A stretch of DNA of 63,970 nt, filler included, from Raillietiella orientalis (taxonomy: Eukaryota): NCBI GenBank assembly GCA_036172245.1. It is 9 parts of 9 records of this genome, joined end to end, with 100 filler letters (N's around TTAATTAATTAA, not from the genome) between each part and the next. Parts side by side here need not be neighbours in the genome. Positions count along the whole stretch, not along the records: positions 36,873 to 44,009 come from JAYWIR010000307.1; positions 44,110 to 51,154 come from JAYWIR010000308.1; positions 51,255 to 58,207 come from JAYWIR010000310.1; 6 more parts are not named here. One strand, written 5' to 3'. The translations under genes and the position numbers were made by a program. Shown here piece after piece: positions 39,801-54,200 of this stretch (positions are counted from its first letter, which is position 1; each line of letters begins with the position of its first letter). Under the pieces are notes generated by a model. The model searched no databases, was not told the origin of the DNA, and was given only the letters and a program-made list of their open reading frames with translations.

Positions 39801-42800
39801 GTTACCATGAAGTCAACACAGAGACCAAAGTACCACCCCCTAATCTAATTTCGAACACTTTTTAATCATCCGCTGTAATTAGGAAATTGGAAGGCCTTGA
39901 GGCTTTCCATGACGGAAATTTGCCACTCACTGCAAAAGTATGCTTAGTGAAAAGGCGCAAAATTGCTATAGTAAAATCCCCTGATTTCCAATTGGTTGCA
40001 AACCCTGAAAGTTTGCAAATTTTTACCACATACTGAATTAGAGCGAAGGAAAAAATTCTCTTCTAGGTACGACACTGGTTACTATGAAATCAACAGATAG
40101 ACCAAAGTGCCACGCCCTAATCTAATTTCGAACACTTCATAATCATCCTCTGAACTCGGGAAATTGGAATGCCTTGAGTCTCTTCATGACGGGAATTTGC
40201 CACTTACTGCAAATGTATGCTTAGTGAAAAGGCGCAATGGTGCAACAGTAATATCCACTGATTTCCAATTGATTATAAAGCCGGAAAGGTTGCATATTTT
40301 TACCACATCATGAATCAGAGCGAAGGAAAAGATTACTTTTCTAGGTACGACACTGGTTACCATGAAAACAACACAGAGTACAAAGTGCCACGGCCTATTG
40401 AAATTTCGACCTCTTCTTAATCATGCTCTGAAATAGGGAAATTGGTAGGCCTTGAGCCTCTCCATAACAAGAATTTGCCACACACTGCAAATGTATGCTT
40501 AACGAAAAGCAGCAAAAGTGCAATAGTAAAATCCCCTGATTTCCAATTTATTCCAAGCCTGTAAGGTTGCAAATTCTTACCACATCTTGAATCAGAGCGA
40601 AATATAAGATTCCTCTTCTAGGTACGACACTGCTTACCATGAAAACAACACAGAGACCAAAGTGCCACGCCCTTACCTAATTTCGAACTTCTCTTAGTCA
40701 TCCTGTGATATCAGGAAATTGGAAGGCCGTGAGCCTCTCCATGACATGAATTTGCCACTCACTGCAAATAGATGCTTCGTGAAGAGGAGCAAAACTGCAA
40801 TGGTGAAATTCCCTGATTTCGAATTGATTACAAAACTTGAAAAGTTGCAAATTACTACCATATAATGAATCAGAACGAAGTATAAGATTCCTCTTCTAGG
40901 TAGGACACTGTTTACCATGAAAAGAACACAGAGACCAAAGTGCCACGCCCTTACCTAATTTCGAACTTCTCTTAGTCATCCTGTGATATCAGGAAATTGG
41001 AAGGCCGTGAGCCTCTCCATGACATGAATTTGCCACTCACTGCAAATAGATGCTTCGTGAAGAGGAGCAAAACTGCCGTGGTGAAATTCCCTGATTTCGA
41101 ATTGATTAAAAAACTTGAAAAGTTGCAAATTACTACCATATAATGAATCAGAAAAAGCATAAGATTCCTCTTCTAGGTAGGACACTGTTTACCGTGAAAA
41201 GAACACAGAGACCAAAGTGCCACGCTTTAATCTAATTTCGAACTCTTCTTAATCATCCTCTGAAATCAGGAAATTGGAAGCCCTTGAGGCTCTTCATGAC
41301 GGCAATTTGCCACTCACTGGAAATAGATGCTTCGCGAAGAGGTGCAAAACTGCAATGGAGAAATCCCCGCGTTTCGAATTAATTACAAAGCCTGTAAGGT
41401 AGCAAATTTTTACCACATCATGGATCAGAGCGAACGAAAATATTCCTCTTGTAGGAACGACAGTGGTTACCATTAAGACAACACAGAGACCAAAGTGCCA
41501 CCCCCTAATCTAATTTCGAACACTTCTTAATCATCCGCTGTAATCAGGAAATTGGAATGCCTTGAGGCTTTCCATGACGGAAATTTGCTACTCACTGCAA
41601 ATGTATACTTAGTGAAAAGGCGCAAAAGTGCTATAGTAAAATCCCCTGATTTCCAATTGGTTACAAACCCTGAAAGTTTGCAAGTTTTTACCACATACTG
41701 AATTAGAGCGAACGAAAAAATTCTTCTTCTAGGTACGACAATGGTTACTATGAAAACAACAGATAGACCAAAGTACCACGCCCTAATCTGATTTCGGACA
41801 CTTCATAATCATCCTCTGAACTCGGGAAATCGGAAGGCCTTGAGTCTCCTCTTGACGGGAATTTGCCACTTACTGCAGATGTATGCTAAGTGAAAAGGCG
41901 CAATAGTGCAACAGTAATATCCTCTGATTTCCAATTGATTACAAAGCCGGAAAGGTTGCAAATTTTTACCACATCATGAATCAGAGCGAAGGAAAGGATT
42001 GCTTTTCTAGGTACGACACTGCTTACCATGAAAACGACACAGAGACCAAAGTGCCACGCCCTAACCTATTTTCGACCTCTTCTTAGTCATCCTCTGAAAT
42101 CAGGAAATTTGAAGGCCGTGAGCCTCTCCATGACATGAATTTGCCACTCACTGCAAATGTATGCTTAGCGAAAAGCAGCAAAAGTGCAATAGTAAAATCC
42201 CATGATTTCCAATTTATTCCAAGCCTGTAAGGTTGCAAATTTTTACCACATCTTGAATCAGAGCGAAGTATAAGATTCCTCTTCTAGGTACGACACTGCT
42301 TACCATGAAAACAACACAGAGACGAAAGTGCCACGCCCTAACCAATTTTCGACCTCTTCTTAGTAATCCTCTGAAATCAGGAAATTGGAAGGTTGTGAGC
42401 CTCTCCATGACATGAATTCGCCACTCACTGCAAATAGATGCTTCGTGAAGAGGAGCAAAACTGCAATGGTGAGATTCCCTGATTTCGAATTGATTACAAA
42501 ACTTGAAAAGTTGCAAATTACTACCATATAATGAATCAGAACGAAGTATAAGATTCTTCTTCCAGGAAGGACACTGTTTACCATGAAAACAACATAGAGA
42601 CCAAAGTGCCACGCCCTAATCTAATTTCGAACTCTTCTTAATCATTCTCTGAAATCAAAAATTTGGAAGCCCTTGAGGCTCTTCATGACGGCGATTTGCC
42701 ACTCAATGGAATTAGATGCTTTGAGAAGAGCTGCAAAACTGCAATGGAGAAATCCCCGGGTTTCGAATTGATTACAAAGCCTGTAAGGTAGCAAATTTTT

Positions 42801-44009
42801 ACCAGTTCATGGATCAGAGCGAACGAAAATATTCCTCTTCTTGGAACGACAGTGGTTACCATTAAGACAACACAGATACCAAAGTACCACCCCCTATTCT
42901 AATTTCGAACACTTCTTAATCATCCGCTGTAATCAGGAAATTGGAAGGCCTTGAGGCTTTCCATGACGGAAATTTGCCACTCACTGCAAATGTATGCTTA
43001 GTGAAAAGGCGCAAAAGTGCTATAGTAAAATCCCCTGATTTCCAATTGGTTACAAACCCTGAAAGTTTGCAAATTTTTACCACATACTGAATTAGAGCGA
43101 AGGGAAAAATTCCTCTTCTAGGTACGACACTGGTTACTATGAAAACAACAGAGAGCCCAAAGTGCCACGCCCTAATCTAATTTCGAACACTTCATAATCA
43201 TCCTCTGAAATCGGGAAATTGGAAGGCCTTGAGTCTCTTCATGACGGGAATTTGCCACTTACTGCAATTGGATGCTTACTGAAAAGGCGCAATTGTGCAA
43301 AAGTAATATCCCCTGATTTTTAGTTGATTACAAAGCATGAAAGGATGCAAATTTCTAGCACATCATGAATGAGAGCGAAGTATGAGATTCCTCTTCTAGG
43401 TACGACACTGCTTACCATGAAAACAACACAGAGACCAAAGTGCCACTCCCTAACCAATTTTCGACCTCTTCTTAGTCATCCTCTGAAATCAGGAAATTGG
43501 AAGGCCGTGAGCCTCTCCATGACATGAATTTGCCACTCACTGCAAATAGATGCTTCGTGAAGAGGAGCAAAACTGCAATGGTGAAATTCCCTGATTTCGA
43601 ATTGATTACAAAACTTGAAAAGTTGCAAATTACTACCATATAATGAATCAGAACGAAGTATAAGATTCCTCTTCTAGGTAGGACACTGTTTACCATGAAA
43701 ACAACATAGAGATTAAAGTGCCACGCCCTAATCTAATTTCGAAATCTGCTTAATCATTCTCTGAAATCAAAAAATTGGAAGCCCTTGAGGCTCTTCATGA
43801 TGGCGATTTGCCACTCAATGGAAATAGATGCCTCGCGAAGAGGTGCAAAACTGCAATGGAGAAATCCCCGGGTTTCGAATTGATTACAAAGCCTGCAAGG
43901 TAGCAAATTTTTACCACATCATGGATCAGAGCGAACGAAAATATTCCTCTTCTAGGAACGACAGTGGTTACCATGAAGTCAACACAGAGACCAAAGTAAC
44001 ACGCCCTAA
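36873..44009. repeat. Tandem satellite array, 278-bp monomer (subfamily A3; reverse orientation relative to A1/A2), strongly diverged monomers in 4-/5-mer higher-order repeats
   Basis: The unit cgacactggttaccatgaaaacaacacagagaccaaagtgccacgccctaa is the reverse complement of the 51255-58207 monomer. Identical ORFs recur at 1112, 1388 and 2223 bp. Confidence 0.96.
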
Positions 44010-44109
44010 NNNNNNNNNNNNNNNNNNNNNNNNNNNNNNNNNNNNNNNNNNNNTTAATTAATTAANNNNNNNNNNNNNNNNNNNNNNNNNNNNNNNNNNN
44101 NNNNNNNNN

Positions 44110-47100
44110 GGATGTTGATGCAGGAAACGAACCTGTTGAAGAATAGGTGCTGCCTATTTCTTTAGAGGGTGTCACAATTTAGAATTATTAATTCTGTTTT
44201 TTTTTATCGCTTCTGTTGAAGTGCCGATGTAGTCTTCGCTATGTTTAGCAGTTGTTTTAGGGCTGAGTGCTCATTTCGTTGTACATTTGTAGGGTCTTTG
44301 TGCGATTTTTCAGATTGCAGCACTGTTACTCGGATTACCGAAATTGCAGGTGGGCAGGAAGGTGAGTTATATTATTTTGCTTGCAAGAAATAATGCGCAA
44401 TTGAAATTGCAATGGGGTTGCGGATATTTTTTTGGTAATGGAGATTGCTGATTTTTTGCCTGGAAGTTCTAATTGAATGGGTAATTACGTTGCGTAAAAG
44501 TGCACTGAAGTTTTTGCCTTTGGAAAGAATGAAATGGGCACGATGGTTTGTTGTGGATGTTTCGCCATGTGCATAGTATGGAATTTATTAGCAAGTAGAG
44601 TTGTTTGAAAAGTACATTTTAGCTAGCTCGCTGAATTGTAACTCGTACGGTCTTTCGTGACCATATTTAATGCCGAATCTGTGTCAGGAATCTTCTACTG
44701 AGTTTGCTTTTGCACTGACGATAGAAAGCAAGGTCGAGAATCGGAAGTCTATGAAGCAAGGAGCCAAGGTCCATCGAGTGAACTCTTTTCCTTTCCTAAT
44801 GATAACATTATGGGTTCATCTCCACAGAGATGGAGCTAAGAAAAAATCTGACGTCATGAACAAAATGGCTCATACAGTTTTAAAAGCATTTTTATGGAAA
44901 GCTAAGAATACGATGGATTCCTTGATCGTTTTAAGAAGATGCATATTAGAACTTGAGACTCTGATGGCTCGGTGAGACTGTACATGGCTTCTTTGCATTT
45001 TCTTTTTGTAATTCTGAATCTTTTAAATGTTTGATAATGGACTGATTAGAAGTTTCCTTTATGAGATCCGTTAAGATGTTGATCAGTTTCCTCCAACTTT
45101 GGGACTCGGAAGCGGTGTTTTCCGTTTCTCCTTTGCATATGTGCAGCTGTCCTTTCTGAGGGATAATTTAAAAGTTGCTAGAACGATTCGGACTAATTTT
45201 CCAGTCTATTGCTTGGTGCGGCCTTTTACTGCGCAAGCCGAAGTTCACTTTTTCCGTCAAGTTGCAGCGTCGAGCACTGCGCTCGATCTCGCGCAAGGTG
45301 AATCCGCAATTTGTTTTTCCTGCAAGTGCTTCGGACTTCGGACTTGCCATTGACCAAAAGCCAAAAGGGAAAGAAGGAGTTCCGACTCGTTTCCCGATGC
45401 AATCGAGTACCCAGCTGAAATATCCCAGATACCAAGTACCCAGCTAATTTTGCTTCAGAAGGGGAGGAAAGCTGACCTTTTCCTTAGTAGCATATTTTGC
45501 TACGTGGGATTTTCGATTTTGAATTCCTTCCTCTGCACTTCTGTACGCTTGCGACGGAAACTTACATAGGCACTGAGATCTACTACTTCTTGTACGTTTT
45601 TTTACTATGTAATGAAAAAAACGAATAATGAAAAGAAAACATTTTTTTTTTTTTGGGGGGGGTGGGTGGGGAGGCGATCTATTTATGCTTCACTTCTTGC
45701 CCCCAGTTTTATAGAACAAAGTTAATGACAAATTTCATGCCATTTCAAAGCAATGACGCCAGTGCTTGTTGGCAATCTGTACAGACACCCTTCGAGACTT
45801 TGCATTAAAGTTTTTCCGTTTGCATGTTTGCGTGCTTTTTGCATCGTCAATTCGAACAGCCATGATAAATTCTACCATGGCAGCCAACTTTGGCCTTTGA
45901 AAGAGGTAAATCTCGTTGAATACAGAATAAATGAGAGTGGTCATCTTTGTGTTCAATGCGCTCCCTATTTTATTCTTATTCATTTGAGAAATCACTTTTT
46001 GGGTAAGTATATCTTACTCATATGCATCCTCTCATTGATAGTCATTCTTTTTTTCTTTGCTGGACAGTGCTTTGGGTTTTAATAGCAGAAACATTGCACC
46101 GATAGTAGGTTTCAGATCGAGATCTGGGTTTCAAAGATGCGTTTTCTGCTCATAGCGACTTGTAGTTACGAAGATGGATCCCTTCGGGATACTTTTATGA
46201 TTCATTGATAATCCTACGATAATCCTGCTATTGCTGATTGATTGCTTAATCTATCTCGTATAAATTCAGCCTTGCACTTTATACTCACATCTGCGCTTCA
46301 GAAGTTGGCACTTCTGAAGATAGCTTTGATGAGAATGAAACACCTTTTTGATTCTCATTCCTGAATTCTAGCATTTCAGAACTTTTTAAGAGCACTTCCT
46401 TTTTGAGTGTTGAAATTTAATAAAAAAAAAAAAAGAAGTATTGTGAAGATCAAATATTCCAGCAGCCTTCAAAGGGAGAACGTGAGCACAGTTTCAAGAG
46501 TTTGTTTTTGATCCTGTGAGGGTTGAAAGCGCCAATCGACTCGGCACGCACAAAATTCCAAAAAATGGATGGAAGACGCAAGAAGCAAGTGGACCCTTAC
46601 AGTCAAGAGGCTTTGCTCCTTGAACGGCAAAAAGTGAACACGAAGGCAAAACTCGTGTTTTCACAAGTTTTTTGTTAGTGATTTTCTTTTATTTTTTGCA
46701 AACCTGGAAAAGCCTAGGAGGAAAATTCACGAGATGAAAGAGGGGAGCAATAGAAAAGATGCTGCTTGGCATAAAGAATTCGTTCACTGATGGGAGAAAA
46801 TTTTTTCCTCATTACTTCCATGAACTAAAGTTGAACGTGGTTAACGAACCACAATGAAAAAAATATGTCAACGAAATAAATGATCTGCTTCCGCAATGGA
46901 CCAAAATCTACGTGTGCTCGTGCAAAAACGTTTATTGGATGTAACCGTCGCCGGGCATCTTCAATGGATGTTTCAAAATCTGATACCCTTTTCTCAGAGC
47001 AACTTTCACGGATAAGAGGATGCCGTTCCAATGGATGATCATCAAGTGTCGCATTGAGTCTCTGAACTCGCGGAAAGGGAGCCAAACTATAGATATTGAT

Positions 47101-50100
47101 TTTCCTGTAAGCATCTGCTTATTAATGCCCGAGTGGTGTGCAGATTTTTGAGTATGGCCCATTCCCGAACACCAGGACCTGCATTATGGCACTGATTTAT
47201 GTGAGGATAAATTTCGTCATTCATTTCGAAATTCATCGTCAAAAAAAACGTAATTAAAAAAGTTTTGACCATAAGGTTCGCATGAGAGGCAACTTAAAAG
47301 ATTATAATTACCCAACTTTTTTTTTCTTCTTCTTTTTCCTTTGATGACTTCTCGTTTTGTACCATTTTCTTTGTATTTAAATTATCAAGGATCGGAAAAT
47401 CTTATTTCTTGGAACAGTGGCCAAGTGAGCAACGGTTCATAGCCGTTTTGTCGGCATCGTGGCGCTATGACCGCACGTGAGTTCATCTCAGTTTCATCTT
47501 TTCAGTGCGGAAACCTCGGCCGGTTGGACTGATTTCGGTGAGGCTGCAGTGACGGAGAAGAAACTCCACCCAACAGATATCCCTGTGTGTGCTTTAAAAC
47601 GAGGCTGCGTCTTGTCTAATGTTGTCAGTTCCTGGAGGTGACCGGGAATGATCAAGAATTCGAACTTTCCTCCTTACAGAGAATCATTCACAGCCCTTCA
47701 TCATCTGAAAAGGTTGCTGATGACGTTCCAAAGTAATGCACTGCTACAACATCAAATATGCCTGTTTGTCGACAAATTCATTTCAGGAAAGGTCAGGCCA
47801 TAAACCAACACTTCATTGATTATCAAATTTCCATTTCAATCATCTGAGTTGACATGCAGCTCTGTTCGCAAAATAAAAAAGTGAACTCTTTCTTATTTTG
47901 TAATGTAGAAAATCCAATGAAAAAATAAGAACAGAATGCTAACGTGTTTCTCCTTTTATGCATCATTTCATTTGGAATATTCTTTTGCTGGAACTACCCG
48001 AAATGTAGTTGTTACTACAAGTGCGAAAGCATCAGATGTACAATGGCGTTGCTGTACAGCCAGTTTGTAAACGAGCCACTTTGGTAGATTTGCAGCTTCT
48101 TCATCAAAACAGTTTCCTTTGCATCCGTGCATGATGACGAATAATGGAGCTAAAGAACTTCTCGTCGGTGGTTACCAACCACAGAATCACGTCTGCAAGA
48201 GTTTTTATGGACTGCTTTGTACATCTCCATAGCTTTTATGAAATCATTAAAAGTTAATGAAATTATTTAAAGTCATGACAACTTTTAGGAAGAGAAAATA
48301 CTTCGCACAAAAGATGAAGGCTTAATCGCTTCCGAATCCATCTGTAACCACAAAATAATTGGAACGAGCTTCCTAGGATGATTTTACAGGAATGTGTGAC
48401 ACGAAAGGTTCGTCTGAGTGAGTCCCCAGCATGTGTAAAATTCCTGTTTCACTTGCAGATCAAAATTCCCACTGATTGATGACTGTTTTGCTACAGACAT
48501 GAGTTCATTTCTCCAGGAATGTGGATCACCGACTGCGTACGAATCGGGCCACTGCGGCACTGGTACGGATTCAACATCGGTCGTTTCAAGGAGCCATTTT
48601 CTTGACGGAGAGGTCCAGCTGATCAATACATCACCTGGATTAATGGATAAATTTAAAGAAGCAATGAATTATCTAGAGCTAGTCGAGATGATGGATGATT
48701 CAAATAGCTATTTCTACAGGATGTTACAAAATTGTGATTACTTTTCGACTTCTTAAATGCCCGTCAGAACCATCCATTCAAGAGATCCGATATCAAAACT
48801 TAAGATTTCTCTCATATACTCTTCTTTTTTTTTAAAAAAAAAAAAAAAAATATAATATTCTTGTTTTAAGTATGAGACTGCTGCCTTTTTTATGCAAGCT
48901 GTCCTATTTCGAATGGATATCTCTTCTGAAGAGAGATTCGATGCCCACTTTCTGTTCCTCATGAACCTCATTCCCGATATCCATGGTGCACTCATGTCCT
49001 CTTAGCTGTTATTCATTTCTATTGAACAAGTTCGATGCTGCGATGGAAGGAAAAACAGGAATAGCAGGAGTATATCTCTATAAATAGATTGCATGTTACT
49101 GAGTCCGTTTATTGCATTTAAATCCTACTGGAAAGAAAAGTTTTCAGACAATCAATCATTCTGCTTCAACTGCTGATATCGTGCTACTTTCCCATCATCA
49201 TTTCTCATCATGCTGAATTCTTCTACAGAGAGCACTTTTCCAACTTCCACACATACGAACTTTTCCGTGGGTTTCTGGAAGAGCTTGGAAATCCGATCCT
49301 GATTCCTTGTAGCCGGAAATGCAGTTTCCCCTTCCCAAAGCTTCATCTGCTTGGCTGTCCGCACGCTGGGCATTTAAAGAGAAAAGATAAACAAGCACTA
49401 ATTTTAAATTGAATAATTCAAAACATTAAATTTTATCTCTGATCTAGTAGATAAAGAACACACGAAATACTTGTGTTTGGTGGACCAGAAAAAGATGAAA
49501 ATTGCCGTGCCACTGGATTCCAGGAGCAACACGATTTTTCTTTAGGTGAGAGCACGATGCTTAGAAGCAAGAGTCTTTACTTCCAAGAAGCTGGAGACTT
49601 CAATAAATATTTGGTCAACTGAACGAAAATATGAGCACTCACACATCTGCTTTCTTGAAAGGATAATACCAAACACAGTGAGCATTTTCTACGAGAAATT
49701 GCATATTCCTTCGAATTTCACTCTGTTCGCTTTTGTTTTATTGACCCTACTTTGAGATTCTTTGATCTGCTTATTTTACGTATGACTAAGCGTTTCCATG
49801 CTTTTCGATAAGATCAAATCTTCCTTATTGAGTATGAGCATTCCATGAGAATGGTACTCACATTCAGAAGCTAAAATTATGCTTTCAGAGTGCCCATAAA
49901 TAAAAGAATGGCTGATTGATGCAATTATACGATTGAAAAAGCATCGGTTTCTACTAGGATTACTTGCAACTTGTGATCTTTGTTCCACTATGGATTTATA
50001 AAGTCAGTAATGGTCATTAAGTGCTTTTTGCAAATTGGGACCTCGACAGTCAGGTGTGTTCATTCTACAATTTCTACTTGTATTAAACCAAAGCACCGGG

Positions 50101-51154
50101 AAGCAATTGCGTATTCTTTTCCTCAGCATCGAAACTTTCATTCTGTAGAAAAATTAATTCAAATCCTATGCAGGACTGCGCATACATACTCACTGATTGC
50201 TTCCTGTTCCAGAATTCTAATGGCTCCATTTTTTACGATGCTTCCGCTTGCATGAGCGTAAATTCACGCTGTCAATTCAAAGAAACATTCCGATTACCAG
50301 AAATTCTTTCATGAGTGACCGTCTTGACAATATAATAAATATTTACCTTGTGATCACCGAATATTCATTACAAATGATGATGAGTGGCAATTTTTTTACA
50401 TAAAATCCACACACATGTGTAATTTAGGAGAGACTTGTATACATGCTAAGACAAGATCACAGATAAATAGATACAAGTTAAAACACAAGAATGACTGAGA
50501 TAAAAGAGTGGAAATTCCTCTGCCGTTTTCCAGCCATCTGTTCCGTTGACTATTAAAAGAACTGCACCTTCCATTTGCAAATTGCAAGTAGGTAAACCCT
50601 TATCAGTAGTTAATGACTAGGAGGTTCCCCTTCAATTTGGCAACCCGAATTGATTCTTAGAGCATATGTTGTGCTCGGAAAGAAATTTGTGGCAGCAACA
50701 GATAGCCACTTTCCTAGGATTTGCAAGATTTCCACGATTCTTGCAGAATCCCTTCAATCTCCGACTACGACACGTATTCTAAACTTTCCTTCCCTTTCGT
50801 GCTCAACTCGCCCCAACACCAGTTCAATATACGGGATGAGAGAAGATTCAAAAAACCATACTTTAACAGATGCCACTCCGAAAACAAACCAAAATTTGAG
50901 TTTTTCCATCAAATAAGGAAATAACTCAGCATCGATGTGGACGTCACCCTCACCGCCATTCTCTTCTTCGGTTGCAAAACCAATAAGCACCTCATTAGGA
51001 CATCCGACACCACATATATAAAAAAGAAACCTTTATAAATAAAAAAATCTAACGGCTAACCATACATGGCAGACTACCTACGGGCACAGGCATTTCGAAT
51101 TTGCCTGCTATCTTGTGTACATCGTAGTGATGTGCCAAAATAAAGTTCATTTCC
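44110..51154. other. AT-rich single-copy-looking eukaryotic sequence (intronic/intergenic; no identifiable gene)
   Basis: No tandem periodicity. Only short ORFs with no recognisable motifs, homopolymer runs, and a few pyrimidine-tract+AG splice-acceptor-like sites. Confidence 0.6.
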
Positions 51155-51254
51155 NNNNNNNNNNNNNNNNNNNNNNNNNNNNNNNNNNNNNNNNNNNNTT
51201 AATTAATTAANNNNNNNNNNNNNNNNNNNNNNNNNNNNNNNNNNNNNNNNNNNN

Positions 51255-54200
51255 ACTTTGCATTCTGTGTTGTTTTGATGGTAACCAGTGTCGGAATTAG
51301 AAAGACGATCTTCTCATTCGTTCTGATTCATTATTTGGTCCAAATTTGCAACTATTGAGGTTTTGTAATCAACTCGAAATCAGAAGATTTCACCATTGCA
51401 CTTTTGCGCCTCTTCACGAACCTTCCATTTGCAGTGAGTGCGAAATTCACGTCATGGAGAGCAGCAGAGCCTTCCAATATCCTGGTTTCAGAGGATCGTT
51501 AAGAAGAGTCCGACTTTTCATTAGGGCGTGGCACTTTGCATTCTCTGTTGTTTTCAAAGTAACCAGGGTCGGAATTTAAAGAGCAATCTTCTCCTTCGCT
51601 CTGATTCATTATTTGGTCCAAATTTGCAACTATTGAGGTTTTGTAATCAACTCGAAATCAGAAGATTTCACCAATGCACTTTTGCGCCTCTTCACGAACC
51701 TTTAATTTGCAGTGAGTGGCAAATTGCCTTCATGGAGAGCCGCAAAGCCTCCCAATTTCCTGGTTTCAGAGAATCATTAAGAAGAGTTCGACATTTCATT
51801 AGGGCGTGGCACTTTGGATTCTGTGTTGTTTTCATGGTAACCAGTGTCGGAATTAGAAAGGCAATCTTCTCATTCGCGCTGATTCATTATTTGGTCCAAA
51901 TTTGCAACTATTGAGGTTTTGTAATCAACTCGAAATCAGAAGATTTCACCATTGCACTTTTGCGCCTCTTCACGAACCTTTCATTTGCAGTGAGTGGCAA
52001 AATTCTTTCATGGAGAGCCACAAAGCCTCCCAATTTCTGGTTTCAGAGGATCATTAAGAAGAGTTCGACATTTCTTTAGGGCGTGGCACTTTGCATTCTG
52101 TGTTGTTTTCATGGTAACCAGTGTCGGAATTAGAAAGGCAATCTTCTCATTCGCTCTGAGTCATTATTTGGTCCAAATTTGCAACCATTGAGGTTTTGTA
52201 ATCAACTTGAAATCAGAAGATTTCACCATTGCACTTTTGCGCCTCTTCACGAACCTTTCATTTGCAGTGAGTGGCAAATTCCCTTCATGGAGAGCCGCAA
52301 AGCCTCCCAATTTCCTGGTTTCAGAGGTTCATTAAGAAGAGTTCGACATTTCATTAGGGCGTGGCACTTTGCATTCTGTGTTGTTTTCATGGTAACCATT
52401 GTCGGAATTAGAAAGGCAATCTTCTCATTCGCTCTGATTCATTATTTGGTCCAAATTTGCAACTATTGAGGCTTTGTAATCAACTCGAAATCAGAAGATT
52501 TCACTATTGCACCTTTGCGCCTCTTCACGAACCTTTCATTTGCAGTGAGTGGCAAACTCCCTTCATGGAGAGCCGCAAAGCCTCCCAATTTGCTGGTTTC
52601 AGAGGATCATTGAGAAGAGTTCGACATTTCATTAGGGCGTGGCACTTTGCATTCTGTGTTGTTTTGATGGTATCCAGTGTCGGAATTAGAAAGGCAATCG
52701 TCTCATTCGCTCTGATTGATTATTTGGTCCAAATTTGCAACTATTGAGGTTTTGTAATCAACTCGAAATCAGAAGATTTCACCATTGCCCTTTTGCGCTT
52801 CTTCACGAACCATCCATTTACAGTGAGTGGCAAACTCCCTTCATGGTGAGCCGCAGAGCCTCCCAATTTCCTGGTTTCAGAGGATCATTAAGAAGAGTTC
52901 GACATTTCATTAGGGCGTGGCACTTTTGATTCTGTGTTGTTTTCATAGTAACCAGTGTCGGAATTAGAAAGCCAATCTTCTCATTCGCTCTGATTCATTA
53001 TTTACTTGTAATTTGCAACTATCGAGGTTTTGTAATCAATTCTTAATCAGAAGATTTCACCAATGCACTTTTGCGCCTCTTCACGAACCTTTAATTTGCA
53101 GTGAGTGGCAAATTCCCTTCATAGAGAGCCGCAAAGCCTCCCAATTTCCTTGTTTCAGAGGTTCATTAAGAAGAGTTCGACATTTCATTAGGGCGTGGCA
53201 CTTTGCATTCTGTGTTGTTTTCATGGTAAGCAGTGTCGGAATTAGAAAGGCAATCTTCTCATTCGCTCTGATTCATTATTTGGTCCAAATTTGCAACTAT
53301 TGAGGTTTTGTAATCAACTCGAAATCAGAAGATTTCACCATTGCCCTTGTGCGCTTCTTCACGAACCATCCATTTACAGTGAGTGGCAAACTCCCTTCAT
53401 GGAGAGCCGCAGAGCCTCCCAATTTCCTGGTTTCCGAGGATCATTGAGAAGAGTTCGACATTTCATTAGGGCGTGGCACTTTGCATTCTGTGTTGTTTTG
53501 ATGGTAACCAGTGTCGGAATTAGAAAGGCAATCGTCTCATTCGCTCTGATTGATTATTTGGTCCAAATTTGCAACTATTGAGGTTTTGTAATCAACTCGA
53601 AATCAGAAGATTTCACCATTGCCCTTGTGCGCTTCTTCACGAACCATCCATTTACAGTGAGTGGCAAACTCCCTTCATGGAGAGCCGCAGAGCCTCCCAA
53701 TTTCCTGGTTTCCGAGGATCATTAAGAAGAGTTCGACATTTCATTAGGGCGTGGCACTTTTGATTCTGTGTTGTTTTCATGGTAACCAGTGTCGGAATTA
53801 GAAAGGCAATCTGCTCCTTCGCTCTGATTCATTATTTACTTGTAATTTGCAACTATCGAGGTTTTGTAATCAATTCTTAATGAGAAGATTTCACCATTGC
53901 ACTTTTGCGCCTCTTCACGAACCATCCATTTGCAGTGAGTGGCAAATTCCCTTCATGGAGAGCCGCAAAGCCTCCCAATTTCCTAGTTACAGAGAATCAT
54001 TAAGAAGAGTTCGGCATTTCATTAGGGCGTGGCACTTTGCATTCTGTGTTGTTTTGATGGTAACCAGTGTCGGAATTAGAAAGACGATCTTCTCATTCGT
54101 TCTGATTCATTATTTGGTCCAAATTTGCAACTATTGAGGTTTTGTAATCAACTCGAAATCAGAAGATTTCACCATTGCACTTTTGCGCCTCTTCACGAAC

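Noticed and set aside
44110..51154. Short ORFs and splice-like sites as exons of a host gene
   Set aside because: No recognisable domain or consistent exon chain could be assembled by eye; this needs RNA-seq or a homology search.
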